DNA of 64,000 nt, from IMG/VR virus record IMGVR_UViG_2700989005_000001, positions 32,001 through 96,000 of that record; one strand, written 5' to 3'. The DNA comes from a virus (lineage: Duplodnaviria > Caudoviricetes). A program made the position numbers and the translations under genes. Numbering within the stretch: position 1 is the stretch's first letter; every line of letters starts with the position of its first letter. A model generated the notes under the pieces. That model saw only the letters and a list, made by a program, of their open reading frames with translations. It was not told the DNA's origin and made no database searches. Below are positions 55,191 to 64,000 of the stretch, one piece after another.

Positions 55191-55196
55191 GAAAAC

Positions 55197-55469
55197 ATGA
55201 CATTCTTTCAAAAACTAGTAGCAATCTTTACAAATACTCCACGTCCAACTGAAGACATTCTTGACGACATGAATCAAAAAGCAAATGAGCTTCGCGCACG
55301 TGCTCAGTTCGATCAAGAACAGATTGAAGCAAACGAAGCGGAAGAGCGTCGTGCCCGTGAAGAAGTTGAGCGCCGCGCACAAGAGCTTGCAGCACAGAAC
55401 AACGTACATGCACAGTCTAAAGAACGCGCCGAACGAGTTGCGAAGCGAGTTGAAGAATTCACCTCGTAA
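55197..55469 (+). CDS. coiled-coil hypothetical protein
   Basis: E/R/A-rich helix. Confidence 0.8.
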   Translation: MTFFQKLVAIFTNTPRPTEDILDDMNQKANELRARAQFDQEQIEANEAEERRAREEVERRAQELAAQNNVHAQSKERAERVAKRVEEFTS

Positions 55470-55485
55470 ACGATGACAGTTTCAT

Positions 55486-55510
55486 AAAGCCCCTTAATTG
55501 GGGCTTTTTT
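55486..55510 (+). terminator. rho-independent terminator (repeated type)
   Basis: AAAGCCCCTTAATTGGGGCTTTTTT. Confidence 0.85.
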
Positions 55511-55518
55511 GTGTCTGA

Positions 55519-55526
55519 CATAAATA
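55519..55526 (+). promoter_or_regulatory. probable late promoter variant
   Basis: CATAAATA just after terminator. Confidence 0.55.
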
Positions 55527-55546
55527 CAAGTAAAATGAGGTATTGT

Positions 55547-56656
55547 ATGAAAAATCTAAAATCTTTTATGGAAGAACTTCAGTTAGTCACTGAGGTTTTT
55601 ATTCGCGGCGGGCGACCACGAAACGGCTCAAAAGTACTTGCTAACGGTAAGAATATTTGGGTATGGAATAACGATAGAGAGTTTGAACGTCTAGTGCCAT
55701 TCATCAATCGCGAGTTGGGAACTGACTTCGAGGAAGAATACGATCTAGACGATTGGTATAGAGAAGGCGCACAAGCGGTATACGCGACGATTGAGAACGG
55801 CAGACTAGATATGTTCGGGGATTCTGCTTACCGACCGTCTGTAACGTCTGACACGCTTCGTAAGACGATCAAAGCACTTAATCTAAACGGTGTAACTCGT
55901 CGCACGCAATCATTTAACCCTGATTACGATGAAGTTGAGCACGATTTCGAAACAGATCGATATGAATTCAACAAGAAACTGTCACAAAAGACGTTTTATC
56001 ATGGCACATCGACAGCATACATCGAATCAATGTTGAAGTTTGGTCTGAAGCCGAACCCAGGCGAAACTCAATTTGATAATATTGAACATGCTGATAAAGT
56101 ATTCATTACGACTGAACTTGATAAAGCAATGTTTCATGCGACACACTCAGCGAACCGAAACAACTCGTTCCCTGTGATAATCGAGATTCGTATACCAGAC
56201 GAAAGCAAGCTTGTGTCTGATTATGACGTTGTAATTGATGTACTAGGTGCAAATTCAGAAGAAGCAAGCGAACTCGGTTATGCTGACATATTCTATCAAT
56301 TACCACATCAACGCGGAGACGGGACGAAGTATCACAAAGATGATATTGAAAGTCGATTCGGCAAACGTCTGGGTGGGTTGAGTACTCGCATAGGTGTATT
56401 CGGGTACAAAGGTCGAATTCCTGCAAGTCATTTCAATTTCATCTACGCTGACGGTGACGTAATTGAAGAATCAATGCCAGAAATGTATTGGGAAATGGAC
56501 GGCGAATTTGATATGGCAGAAATGCGCACTGAAACGGTAAACCATCGTTCGTTCGATTACTGGGACCAGTACAAGCCAGAGAAATTCATTGCTCACTTTG
56601 AAGAACTGTGGGATGACCTCGCAGATGAATTCGAAGACGAAGATGACGACTACTAA
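55547..56656 (+). CDS. putative ADP-ribosyltransferase-fold protein (Tpt1/KptA-like NAD-binding lobe), possibly virion-packaged
   Basis: FYHGTS...I..ML..GL.P...VF.T.....A..HA......PVIIEI; N-terminus MKNLKSFMEE..LVTE. Confidence 0.6.
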   Translation: MKNLKSFMEELQLVTEVFIRGGRPRNGSKVLANGKNIWVWNNDREFERLVPFINRELGTDFEEEYDLDDWYREGAQAVYATIENGRLDMFGDSAYRPSVTSDTLRKTIKALNLNGVTRRTQSFNPDYDEVEHDFETDRYEFNKKLSQKTFYHGTSTAYIESMLKFGLKPNPGETQFDNIEHADKVFITTELDKAMFHATHSANRNNSFPVIIEIRIPDESKLVSDYDVVIDVLGANSEEASELGYADIFYQLPHQRGDGTKYHKDDIESRFGKRLGGLSTRIGVFGYKGRIPASHFNFIYADGDVIEESMPEMYWEMDGEFDMAEMRTETVNHRSFDYWDQYKPEKFIAHFEELWDDLADEFEDEDDDY

Positions 56657-56661
56657 ATACT

Positions 56662-56686
56662 AGGGAGCAATAACGCTCCCTTTTTT
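56662..56686 (+). terminator. rho-independent terminator overlapped by late-promoter-like ACTAAATA
   Basis: AGGGAGC-AATAAC-GCTCCCT-TTTTT; ACTAAATA 56652-56659. Confidence 0.75.
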
Positions 56687-56697
56687 AGGACTGAATC

Positions 56698-57183
56698 ATG
56701 TATAAATGTAAACACTTTAAAATTCAAGAACTCGTGACACCTCAAATGTATAGAAATTGGGGTGAAAAATGTTGGACACTTTTTGATGACCGTCTATTAC
56801 GCACGCTAGACGCTCTCAGAGAACGATTCGGTCCCTGCACCATAAACGATTGGAGTTGGGGCGGTTCGTTTGATGACAGCGGTATGAGAGACGAGAACTT
56901 CTATGGTTCTGCTCAAAAATATCTTGCTAGTCGTTCTCAGCACAAATACGGTCGTGCGGCTGATTGTAAATTCAGAGATATTGCTGCTCATGAAGTGCGT
57001 AAATACATCTTAGAGAACCCAGATGAATTCCCATACGTGAAATTCATTGAATGTGGGCCGTTGAAGAGTGGTAATGCGATGACGTGGGTTCACATCGACG
57101 TTCGAAACGGCACAGATGTATATTGTTGGTCACCGAAAGAAGGTGTGATTAGTCACAGCGAAGTCATTCGCCGTCAACTTTAG
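56698..57183 (+). CDS. peptidase M15A-family endolysin candidate
   Basis: HF.IQEL, LD.LRE.FG, SG.R, SQH.YG.AAD, WVHID.R. Confidence 0.85.
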   Translation: MYKCKHFKIQELVTPQMYRNWGEKCWTLFDDRLLRTLDALRERFGPCTINDWSWGGSFDDSGMRDENFYGSAQKYLASRSQHKYGRAADCKFRDIAAHEVRKYILENPDEFPYVKFIECGPLKSGNAMTWVHIDVRNGTDVYCWSPKEGVISHSEVIRRQL

Positions 57184-57245
57184 TTTAACATCTAGGTTAT
57201 TGAAGTTACTATAAAATTGTCAACACACAACAAAAGGTCTACTAC

Positions 57246-57950
57246 ATGGGCAAAAAGAAAAAAGAAGAGCGCATTCAAGAACGTGTTACACTGAAATCTT
57301 TCAATCAAGAGCAATATGCAGATGCGATTTGGGAAGAAGTCGGTGAAGACGGTTCGGGTGCGTTTGTATTTGCGATTGGGTCTGCGGGTACCGGTAAGAC
57401 ATGGCTTGCTACTACATTAGGCGCAGACATGTATTCAGCATTCGAATACGCTCAATTCGTTATCTTGAAACCGACACTCTCATGCGGTGAAGAACTTGGT
57501 TACCTCCCGGGTACGCTCGAAGAGAAAATGGAACCATGGATTCAAACAGTAACACAGCCTTTGAAAGACCGCCTAGGTGATGATAAGTTCAAGTGTGATT
57601 GGGGTAAACGCATTCACGCAGAGCCGATTCAATTCGTGCGCGGTAAGACATTTGACAATTGTTTTATCATCGTTGATGAAGCTCAGAACTTAACAAAGAC
57701 TGAAATTCAGACTATTATGACTCGTATCGGTGAGAATACGAAAATGATTTTCTGTGGCGACTTGAAACAAGACGATCACAAGATGATTTATCGCACCGGT
57801 CAGAAAGAACTCAGTGGTCTAGCGTGGATGGTTAATGAAATTCGTAACCAACAACGTTCAGGCATTGAAATCATCGAATTTACTAATAAAGACGTAGTAC
57901 GTTCTGGCGCTTGTAAAATGGCACTAGATATTATCGACAAGGCTCAGTAA
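57246..57950 (+). CDS. phoH: PhoH-like ATPase
   Basis: GSAGTGKT, LGYLPG...EKM.PW, RGKTF, DEAQN, TRIG, GD.KQ. Confidence 0.95.
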   Translation: MGKKKKEERIQERVTLKSFNQEQYADAIWEEVGEDGSGAFVFAIGSAGTGKTWLATTLGADMYSAFEYAQFVILKPTLSCGEELGYLPGTLEEKMEPWIQTVTQPLKDRLGDDKFKCDWGKRIHAEPIQFVRGKTFDNCFIIVDEAQNLTKTEIQTIMTRIGENTKMIFCGDLKQDDHKMIYRTGQKELSGLAWMVNEIRNQQRSGIEIIEFTNKDVVRSGACKMALDIIDKAQ

Positions 57951-58258
57951 TGGCAAAACTTATCGACAACCAAACGGTTAAAATAATCGATGTCGGTAAC
58001 TTCAACATTCTAGTCAAGCAATGGTATGAACTTGAGACTAAAGAAATAACCGAAAGTCTTCAGCTCGAAGAAGGTGAGATTGTGAACATCAAGATCTATG
58101 ATGACGCAACAGTACCTGGTGGCGTGTATTCATTAGTCACTAAGACCTCAAAGCATTACACAACTGCTTTGGGTTCTATCATTCATGACCGCAACTCGCC
58201 TGACTATGATATGAAGAAAGACCGACATAGAGTTCAGATTACATCGAAACTCAATTAA
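57950..58258 (+). CDS. hypothetical protein
   Basis: TAATG overlap. Confidence 0.75.
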   Translation: MAKLIDNQTVKIIDVGNFNILVKQWYELETKEITESLQLEEGEIVNIKIYDDATVPGGVYSLVTKTSKHYTTALGSIIHDRNSPDYDMKKDRHRVQITSKLN

Positions 58259-58259
58259 C

Positions 58260-58283
58260 AAAGCGCCTTCGGGCGCTTTTTTT
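58260..58283 (+). terminator. rho-independent terminator
   Basis: AAAGCGCC-TTCG-GGCGCTTT plus T-run. Confidence 0.85.
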
Positions 58284-58331
58284 GTTTAGAACTCAGAGGT
58301 TTTGACATAAAATAGTTAGACGGAGGTGACG

Positions 58332-58532
58332 ATGAAAGAAAATCAACAATTGAAAGTTCGATGTTCAATTCAAATCGCAGAGCAGTTACAACAGTTGCCC
58401 GAATTTCGTGACATGTCAGTTACGAAAATTTTCCACACACTATCTACAAATTATCTCAACAAGAGTGCGTTTCAGCACATCGGGGCGATTAATGGAAAGA
58501 ACAGAAATCATCATTCCTACGAAGAACGTTAG
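58332..58532 (+). CDS. hypothetical protein
   Basis: GGAGG RBS. Confidence 0.6.
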   Translation: MKENQQLKVRCSIQIAEQLQQLPEFRDMSVTKIFHTLSTNYLNKSAFQHIGAINGKNRNHHSYEER

Positions 58533-59223
58533 GAATGCGGGGTATGAGTTCGAAGTGATCGACACTAGCAAACTTGATCACTATCACGTACGCTGTGTAA
58601 CAAACACATTGTACGACAATAGAATCAAAGGGTCGAAATTAGACGGGTTTCGCGCAGAGATAACATTAATGGACGCTGAATCACTCATCTTTTTAAACTC
58701 GATGAATCTATATGCTAATTTCACTGAATCAAACAGAGCCAATAACGGCATGAAACGTATCAAATCAGCAAGATACGAGCATCATCATTATTATCAACAG
58801 CAAGAAGATTGGTTTAAATCAATATTGCGACAGAACAAAATCAAAGTAAAGTACCCGAACGGAGATACACGTGATAAATTACCGACGTTTTACACGTGCG
58901 GTTTGCGTCTTTCTAATGTTCGACGTTCAGCCGATAGAGCATGTGCAATGCTAGTTCTCGACGAGAATCAAAAACCCAAGCTGTACGCATTTGCAATCGG
59001 TAAGTTACGGTATGTAGTAGATGCCTATGACAAAACTCAAAACATCAACTGTCCTGCTCAGATCGGGAAGAAAACGGTTGACGTTATTGAGTGTTTAGAC
59101 TATAATGATGAAGACGATTGGAATGACGAGAATGAACTCGAAGAAGTTCATAAAAAATGTGTTATTCCAGATGTATCTGATTTAGATAAAGTATTAATGT
59201 CGCTAGACGAAGAAGAGTTTTAA
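58492..59223 (+). CDS. hypothetical protein
   Basis: GGGG RBS; acidic C-terminus. Confidence 0.75.
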   Translation: MERTEIIIPTKNVRNAGYEFEVIDTSKLDHYHVRCVTNTLYDNRIKGSKLDGFRAEITLMDAESLIFLNSMNLYANFTESNRANNGMKRIKSARYEHHHYYQQQEDWFKSILRQNKIKVKYPNGDTRDKLPTFYTCGLRLSNVRRSADRACAMLVLDENQKPKLYAFAIGKLRYVVDAYDKTQNINCPAQIGKKTVDVIECLDYNDEDDWNDENELEEVHKKCVIPDVSDLDKVLMSLDEEEF

Positions 59224-59228
59224 TTATT

Positions 59229-59528
59229 ATGAATGAAGTATCAACAACAACTTACAAAAGCACAACACAACTAGCTCTTGACATTGCAGCATATGCATCA
59301 CTGTTAGTCAAGATGGGATTTGATGAGTGCGTCACAAATCAAAAACTCTTTGTAGAAATGTGTAACGAAGCTGGGTTTAGAACTACAACTGGTAAAGAAT
59401 TCACACAGATGTCATTCAGACAGATGTTTGCTCGATTACCGCACGGTACTAAACGCGAAGTTCGCGAAACATTTTCATGGGGGAATATCCCTCAAGGTGA
59501 ATCAATTTTAGAAAGTATCTACGTATAA
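59229..59528 (+). CDS. asiA: anti-sigma70 factor AsiA
   Basis: DI..YAS.LVK......V.N...F....NE.G.....G....Q.SFR.....L matches T4 AsiA; syntenic with tail-fibre locus. Confidence 0.82.
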   Translation: MNEVSTTTYKSTTQLALDIAAYASLLVKMGFDECVTNQKLFVEMCNEAGFRTTTGKEFTQMSFRQMFARLPHGTKREVRETFSWGNIPQGESILESIYV

Positions 59529-59537
59529 GGTAAAAAT

Positions 59538-59834
59538 ATGGATTTCGGAAATGCACTAATTTCTTTAAAAGCAGGTCGCAAGATTTCTCGCGAAGGTTGG
59601 AATGGTCAAGGTATGTTTATTGTGTTAATGCCAGCACTTTACTTACCGCCGTTTAACACTCAAGATACAATGCGAAAAGTCAATGATCGCACTGCGAAAC
59701 ATATCGGTGAAGATACACCGCTAGATAGTCAACCATATATCGCAATGTTTACGGCTGAACAGAAATGGCAACCAGGGTGGGTAGCATCTCAAGCAGACAT
59801 TTTAGCTGAAGATTGGGTCGTCCACGACGAATAA
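59538..59834 (+). CDS. DUF2829 protein, Tad2-like anti-defence nucleotide sponge
   Basis: MDFG.AL..LKAG.K..R.GWNG..MF...PYI...T......GW..SQ.D.LAEDW. Confidence 0.8.
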   Translation: MDFGNALISLKAGRKISREGWNGQGMFIVLMPALYLPPFNTQDTMRKVNDRTAKHIGEDTPLDSQPYIAMFTAEQKWQPGWVASQADILAEDWVVHDE

Positions 59835-59837
59835 ACG

Positions 59838-59866
59838 AAAGGAGAGCAAATGCTCTCCTTTTTTTT
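59838..59866. terminator. bidirectional terminator
   Basis: AAAGGAGAGCA-AA-TGCTCTCCTTT T-run between convergent genes. Confidence 0.8.
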
Positions 59867-59868
59867 GG

Positions 59869-60444
59869 TCACTGTACTTTCTTAGTTCGTTTGTCAATCT
59901 CGTCAACTTTAGTTTCAAGATTATCAATACGAGTGTTAAGCATATCACCGTCTTTACCAGTAAAGCGGTCAGACGAATCAATGTTTATTAATGTCTCGAC
60001 TCTGGCTAAATCAGTCTCAATCTTGGAATAACGTGAATGGGTACCTTCTATCTTAGATAAAATATCAGTTTGTGAGTTTTTTAAACTGTTAACTGAATTC
60101 ACTAGATTTTTGTCGCCCAATTCAGACGTATTCCTCAATGCTCTTACTTCGCTCTCAAGCCTACCATAGTTCACAAGCACTTCATCTTGTTTCTTAACCA
60201 AAAGAGCTTGTGACCCTTCTAAGCTAATCAACTGTTGCGCTTGTGTCGCGTTTGTTAGTTTGATGTCAGTTATTTCTTGCATGATCATCGCGTTTTGAGC
60301 TACAGCGGTTTTTCCTTGCTCTTGTACAACTTGTAATGCTTCCTGCATTCCGCCGTAGTTTGTCGCCACGCTCATTGAGGTGATAGCCAGAGGGATAAGA
60401 ATAGTACCGATAATAGCCAATAAAACTTGTGCTATCTTGCTCAT
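59869..60444 (-). CDS. membrane-anchored coiled-coil late protein (lysis candidate at T4 gene t position)
   Basis: N-terminal TM, long heptad repeats; between tail fibre and asiA. Confidence 0.6.
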   Translation of the reverse strand: MSKIAQVLLAIIGTILIPLAITSMSVATNYGGMQEALQVVQEQGKTAVAQNAMIMQEITDIKLTNATQAQQLISLEGSQALLVKKQDEVLVNYGRLESEVRALRNTSELGDKNLVNSVNSLKNSQTDILSKIEGTHSRYSKIETDLARVETLINIDSSDRFTGKDGDMLNTRIDNLETKVDEIDKRTKKVQ

Positions 60445-60490
60445 AGTATTGGTTCCTATGTTGGTTGTCTTATTCTCTGACTGTCAGGTG

Positions 60491-60498
60491 TATTTATA
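60491..60498 (-). promoter_or_regulatory. T4-type late promoter
   Basis: TATAAATA on - strand overlapping tail-fibre stop codon. Confidence 0.75.
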
Positions 60499-63400
60499 AA
60501 CGAAGCAACTTCTTCCACCACGGGCGTTTAAGTTCTTGTACTTCGTTCTGAAGTGAATCGACTTTCTCATTAAGCTCTTTAATAGCTTCAATCAAAAGAC
60601 CGTTCATGTTACCATACGCTACTGATAGAATATGATCTTCGTCACTTTCCATCACAGCTTCTGGCAGCACTTTTTGCACTTCTTGCGCGATTACACCAGT
60701 TTCACGAGTAAACTCATCTGAGTCTAATGATTTGCGCTTATCATATGTATACCCGCTTAATTCACCTACTTTATTGAGTGCATTGTCAATAACCTTGACA
60801 TTCTCTTTCAAACGTGCATCTGAGTAAGCTGTAACGTTACCCTGAGCAGTCAAGCTACCACTACTCACTTCAACGTAATTCGCACGACGGTTAGTATAGA
60901 ATCGCATACGACCATCAGAGTTCGATAGAATCTGAATACCCGAACGAATGTTACTACCGTTGTAGAAAGAAGCAAATGCCCAGTGAGCACCAGCCGTATC
61001 TGGGTTGTTTACACTGAATGCAGCAGTACCGTTACCCGCCCACGTAGAGTCGTAAAAGTTACTAGCAACTCTAGCTGATTTATTCGAGCCAGACCACGAA
61101 CCTGAAGTGATTTGACCATCTGTACGTAGCAATGAACTACCACAATAAATACCAGAGCTGAAATCAGCATATGGGTTCAATCTCAACCACGCGCCTTCAT
61201 TGTTCCTGAAAGCCCTCTTTCCACCTAATCGAAGGTCTTTGTTTAATAATACATCAACATCCGAGCCGAAGTTGAATTTACTGTATGAATAGAACCCATT
61301 AGTTGCATTAGTCTCCATGTGAGCATATGACGAATTACGACAACCGAACCATGCAGATTTACTATTATTACCGTTGTAAACAGTTAACACTCTAGTCGAA
61401 TCATAAGTCAAGTTAATCTTCGATGCCAACTGAACTGTACCACCGTTAGCATACAGATTCCCGCCAACGAACACATTAGAAGTACCACGAGGGATTGTCA
61501 GTGCAGTAGTATCTACATCACTCTGACGTGTACCAATTTTAAATTCATTGGTCGTAGCCCCTAGATAGTGAATAAACCCACCATGAGCAGCCCCATCTTC
61601 TGACATTCGAATTATAGAATCGTAGTTCGCATCAGTTTCAATTTTAAACAAACCGTGATTTGAACCAGACGCTAAATTCATCTCCCCTGTATTCAGCTTG
61701 TAACGAGTCGCTGAACTTGATGTATATCTACCAGACTGTGAGAAGTACGCAAACATAGTAGCATTAGTTGCAGCACCCAATGGATTTGAAATCCCCGCAG
61801 GGAAAACCGACCCACCGAATGAGTAGTCTGAAGTATACACTTGAGCGCGAGAGTTACTACGCAGATTTATACTCTGACCACCGCGAACGTAGATAACAAC
61901 ACCCGTGAATCCCTGAGTCCCTTCCCATATTGAATGTATGTTTGTTTCTGAATCAACATACTTCTGCACAATCAAGTCATAATATGCATTGTGATCTGAC
62001 CAACCGCCGCCACGTGCAACACCAGTTATAGTGTTGTTGTTATATGGTGAGCTGCCTTGTCCTGAACCAACAGACAGTGTAAATTCACACGTATAACCAG
62101 CAGTATTGTTTGCATCAAAAACAACTGGATAGAACTTAGTAGCATCTAAACCATCTAGACTGATTACGTTATTGACTACATCATTCGCAGTTGGTTTATT
62201 CGATTCATGGTAAATACTGCGTCTTGTAGAATCGTCCGGGGTACGAACATAAAGCGAATCAGCACCCGAGCCGTCCATCCCAATGTAACCATATTTACCA
62301 ACATCTGTTTGGTCAAACACCAAGAACGGGTCAGTACCTTCAACTGTCAGACTCGTTGCACCAGAACCTTCTCTGCGAACAACTGCTCCCGCGCTACCAA
62401 CTTCGAACAATCGATTCGATGCTGTGGATAAGTCTGCATTTGTACCAATACCAAACCCGGCCCCGTTAGTGAACGAACCTGCATACCACGCCTCACCTAG
62501 TGCATTTCCGTCAGTACTCTTTCCTTGGAATCGAATATTAACGTTCGGGACTGAAGACTCTTCAACTCGATGTACAGAAAGCGGCGTCGATGATGATGCA
62601 TTCAATGACATTACACCAGACGTGTTGAGCGATGCTGCAAAATCACTCGACGCGTTTGAATTAACACCAAGCGGACAGAAATACATAGCACTTGCACCAC
62701 TACCACCCAAGCGAGTAGTACCGCCACTGAACATTAACAATCCTTGTTCAGTGTTTGCATCATTTAACAATGTACTTGTATGAATTTGATCAGTAAACAC
62801 TGTACGATCTGAGTACATTGATATTATGTTTTCAGCCGTAGTTCCATCAGATCCGTTTAGTCTGAATTGTAACGATCCATCAACGCGATTCCAGTAAATG
62901 TTACCACGAGTTTCCCCTGTATCATTGTTCAACAGAATAGACGGGTTAGATTCGCCAACGCGATTGATGTTCAATACGTTGTCGATATGGTCAACCGATG
63001 CGTTTAGAGTAACATTCGAACTACCATCAATAGACACCGAACCGCTCAATTCATTACCAAGAGATAATGAACGTGCAGTTGTCCATTTGTCTGCATATGG
63101 GTGGTAATCTGTATGGTACATGTATACCCAGTCTTCCCATACTTCACTATAACGAGTACGCATCGCCATTGTACCGGTATTTCCAGCTAGACCGTAAGGG
63201 TATGCAACTTGAGTAGTATTCGAAGTTGAACCATATGTCATGTTCTGAACATACCAGTAGCCAGTAAAGCCGCTTGGTCTATTTGTACCTTGTGATAACT
63301 TGTAGTAGAATCCAGCTTGTGTCAACGTATCCCAATCAACTGTAGTGTCAACGCCTGCAACTGTTCGACCAGTTGCTAAGTAATTCGGCTGAGCTACGTG

Positions 63401-64000
63401 TATACCAACTTCAGCAAACGTCGGGTAGTTTGATAGTGACGGAACAGATGCATTCAACGTGACGTTTGAAGTCCCATCAATTGAAACCGAACCTGTTAAA
63501 TCACCGCCTAGTGTGATTGTACGAGCAGTAGTCCACTTATCAGCATTTGGGTGATATGCATCGTGGAACACACGTTGGTTTACTTTGGCGAATATCTCAC
63601 CTTGTACTTCAAGACCTGCAACCGATGCAGTTGAACCATTATCACGAATGATCAACGCTTGACCGTTACCACCATCAGTGTTGATGTCAACATCACTAAT
63701 CTCATGAATTAATTCCAGATTCTGATTCGCACCCGTAATCCAGTTAATACCTGAGTTTTCGGTTGCATATAGAGTCTCGTTGAAGCTTAAACGCGCACCT
63801 GCTTTGCTGATCGCAACGTTTCCCGTAAATGTATCGCCTGTAACATTTGCAAATCGCGCATCAGATTCAGCTTCAGTGTAGTACCTACCGTCATGTGTGT
63901 GTGAATCGTTCGCTACAGTCGCTGTAACAGTCACAGTAGCATTAGCCGAACCATCAATAGTCATAGACGCAGAACCGCTTACATCGCCCGTTAGAGTCGT
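60494..64000 (-). CDS. long tail fibre distal subunit (gp37-like) with C-terminal intramolecular chaperone; 5' end outside window
   Basis: Repeats ADKWTTAR...GSVSIDG..NVTL; C-terminal YSDARLKENV...GVIAQEV...V.Y..M..LLIEAIKEL (peptidase S74 type). Confidence 0.9.
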   Translation of the reverse strand, partial: TTLTGDVSGSASMTIDGSANATVTVTATVANDSHTHDGRYYTEAESDARFANVTGDTFTGNVAISKAGARLSFNETLYATENSGINWITGANQNLELIHEISDVDINTDGGNGQALIIRDNGSTASVAGLEVQGEIFAKVNQRVFHDAYHPNADKWTTARTITLGGDLTGSVSIDGTSNVTLNASVPSLSNYPTFAEVGIHVAQPNYLATGRTVAGVDTTVDWDTLTQAGFYYKLSQGTNRPSGFTGYWYVQNMTYGSTSNTTQVAYPYGLAGNTGTMAMRTRYSEVWEDWVYMYHTDYHPYADKWTTARSLSLGNELSGSVSIDGSSNVTLNASVDHIDNVLNINRVGESNPSILLNNDTGETRGNIYWNRVDGSLQFRLNGSDGTTAENIISMYSDRTVFTDQIHTSTLLNDANTEQGLLMFSGGTTRLGGSGASAMYFCPLGVNSNASSDFAASLNTSGVMSLNASSSTPLSVHRVEESSVPNVNIRFQGKSTDGNALGEAWYAGSFTNGAGFGIGTNADLSTASNRLFEVGSAGAVVRREGSGATSLTVEGTDPFLVFDQTDVGKYGYIGMDGSGADSLYVRTPDDSTRRSIYHESNKPTANDVVNNVISLDGLDATKFYPVVFDANNTAGYTCEFTLSVGSGQGSSPYNNNTITGVARGGGWSDHNAYYDLIVQKYVDSETNIHSIWEGTQGFTGVVIYVRGGQSINLRSNSRAQVYTSDYSFGGSVFPAGISNPLGAATNATMFAYFSQSGRYTSSSATRYKLNTGEMNLASGSNHGLFKIETDANYDSIIRMSEDGAAHGGFIHYLGATTNEFKIGTRQSDVDTTALTIPRGTSNVFVGGNLYANGGTVQLASKINLTYDSTRVLTVYNGNNSKSAWFGCRNSSYAHMETNATNGFYSYSKFNFGSDVDVLLNKDLRLGGKRAFRNNEGAWLRLNPYADFSSGIYCGSSLLRTDGQITSGSWSGSNKSARVASNFYDSTWAGNGTAAFSVNNPDTAGAHWAFASFYNGSNIRSGIQILSNSDGRMRFYTNRRANYVEVSSGSLTAQGNVTAYSDARLKENVKVIDNALNKVGELSGYTYDKRKSLDSDEFTRETGVIAQEVQKVLPEAVMESDEDHILSVAYGNMNGLLIEAIKELNEKVDSLQNEVQELKRPWWKKLLRL

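Noticed and set aside
57184-57245. Possible pho box upstream of phoH
   Set aside because: GTTAC and GTCAA half-sites lack the 11-bp spacing.
62423-62431. Single perfect DnaA box TGTGGATAA
   Set aside because: Isolated and inside the tail-fibre coding sequence; compatible with chance.
1-64000. Alternative genetic code, tRNA genes, and the many antisense or out-of-frame ORFs in the track
   Set aside because: Recognisable genes are intact in the standard code and all three stops are used; no cloverleaf was seen; shadow ORFs lie wholly within better-supported genes and lack RBS.

Overview
64 kb of a large T4-like (Straboviridae) lytic myophage genome. Gene content (nadV, NadR-like, pnuC, queE, phoH, tk, denV, RegB-like, nrdA/nrdB/nrdC, gp52, asiA, long tail fibre) most resembles KVP40/nt-1-type Vibrio phages (Schizotequatrovirus); this assignment is inferred from gene content, not from a search. 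Bases 1-59.8 kb are almost entirely + strand early/middle genes: more than 100 small hypothetical ORFs grouped into modules, each headed by a sigma70-type promoter that often overlaps a terminator stem-loop (PeSL-like) and shares a conserved leader. The last 4 kb is - strand late genes (tail fibre, truncated by the window edge, and a membrane coiled-coil protein). The strongest unexplained signal is a non-coding locus at ~1.3-1.6 kb holding eight co-oriented DnaA boxes, flanked by inverted repeats and sitting on a sharp C-to-G skew switch: a candidate host-DnaA-dependent origin or a DnaA decoy. Other leads are two CRP boxes at class-I-like positions plus a CYTH-domain gene, six TTAG units at exact 9-nt spacing over an RBS, a PagP-like outer-membrane barrel, a probable virion-packaged ADP-ribosyltransferase, a Tad2-like sponge and several paralog families. 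No tRNA, rRNA, CRISPR array or intron was recognised. All product calls come from motifs read by eye.
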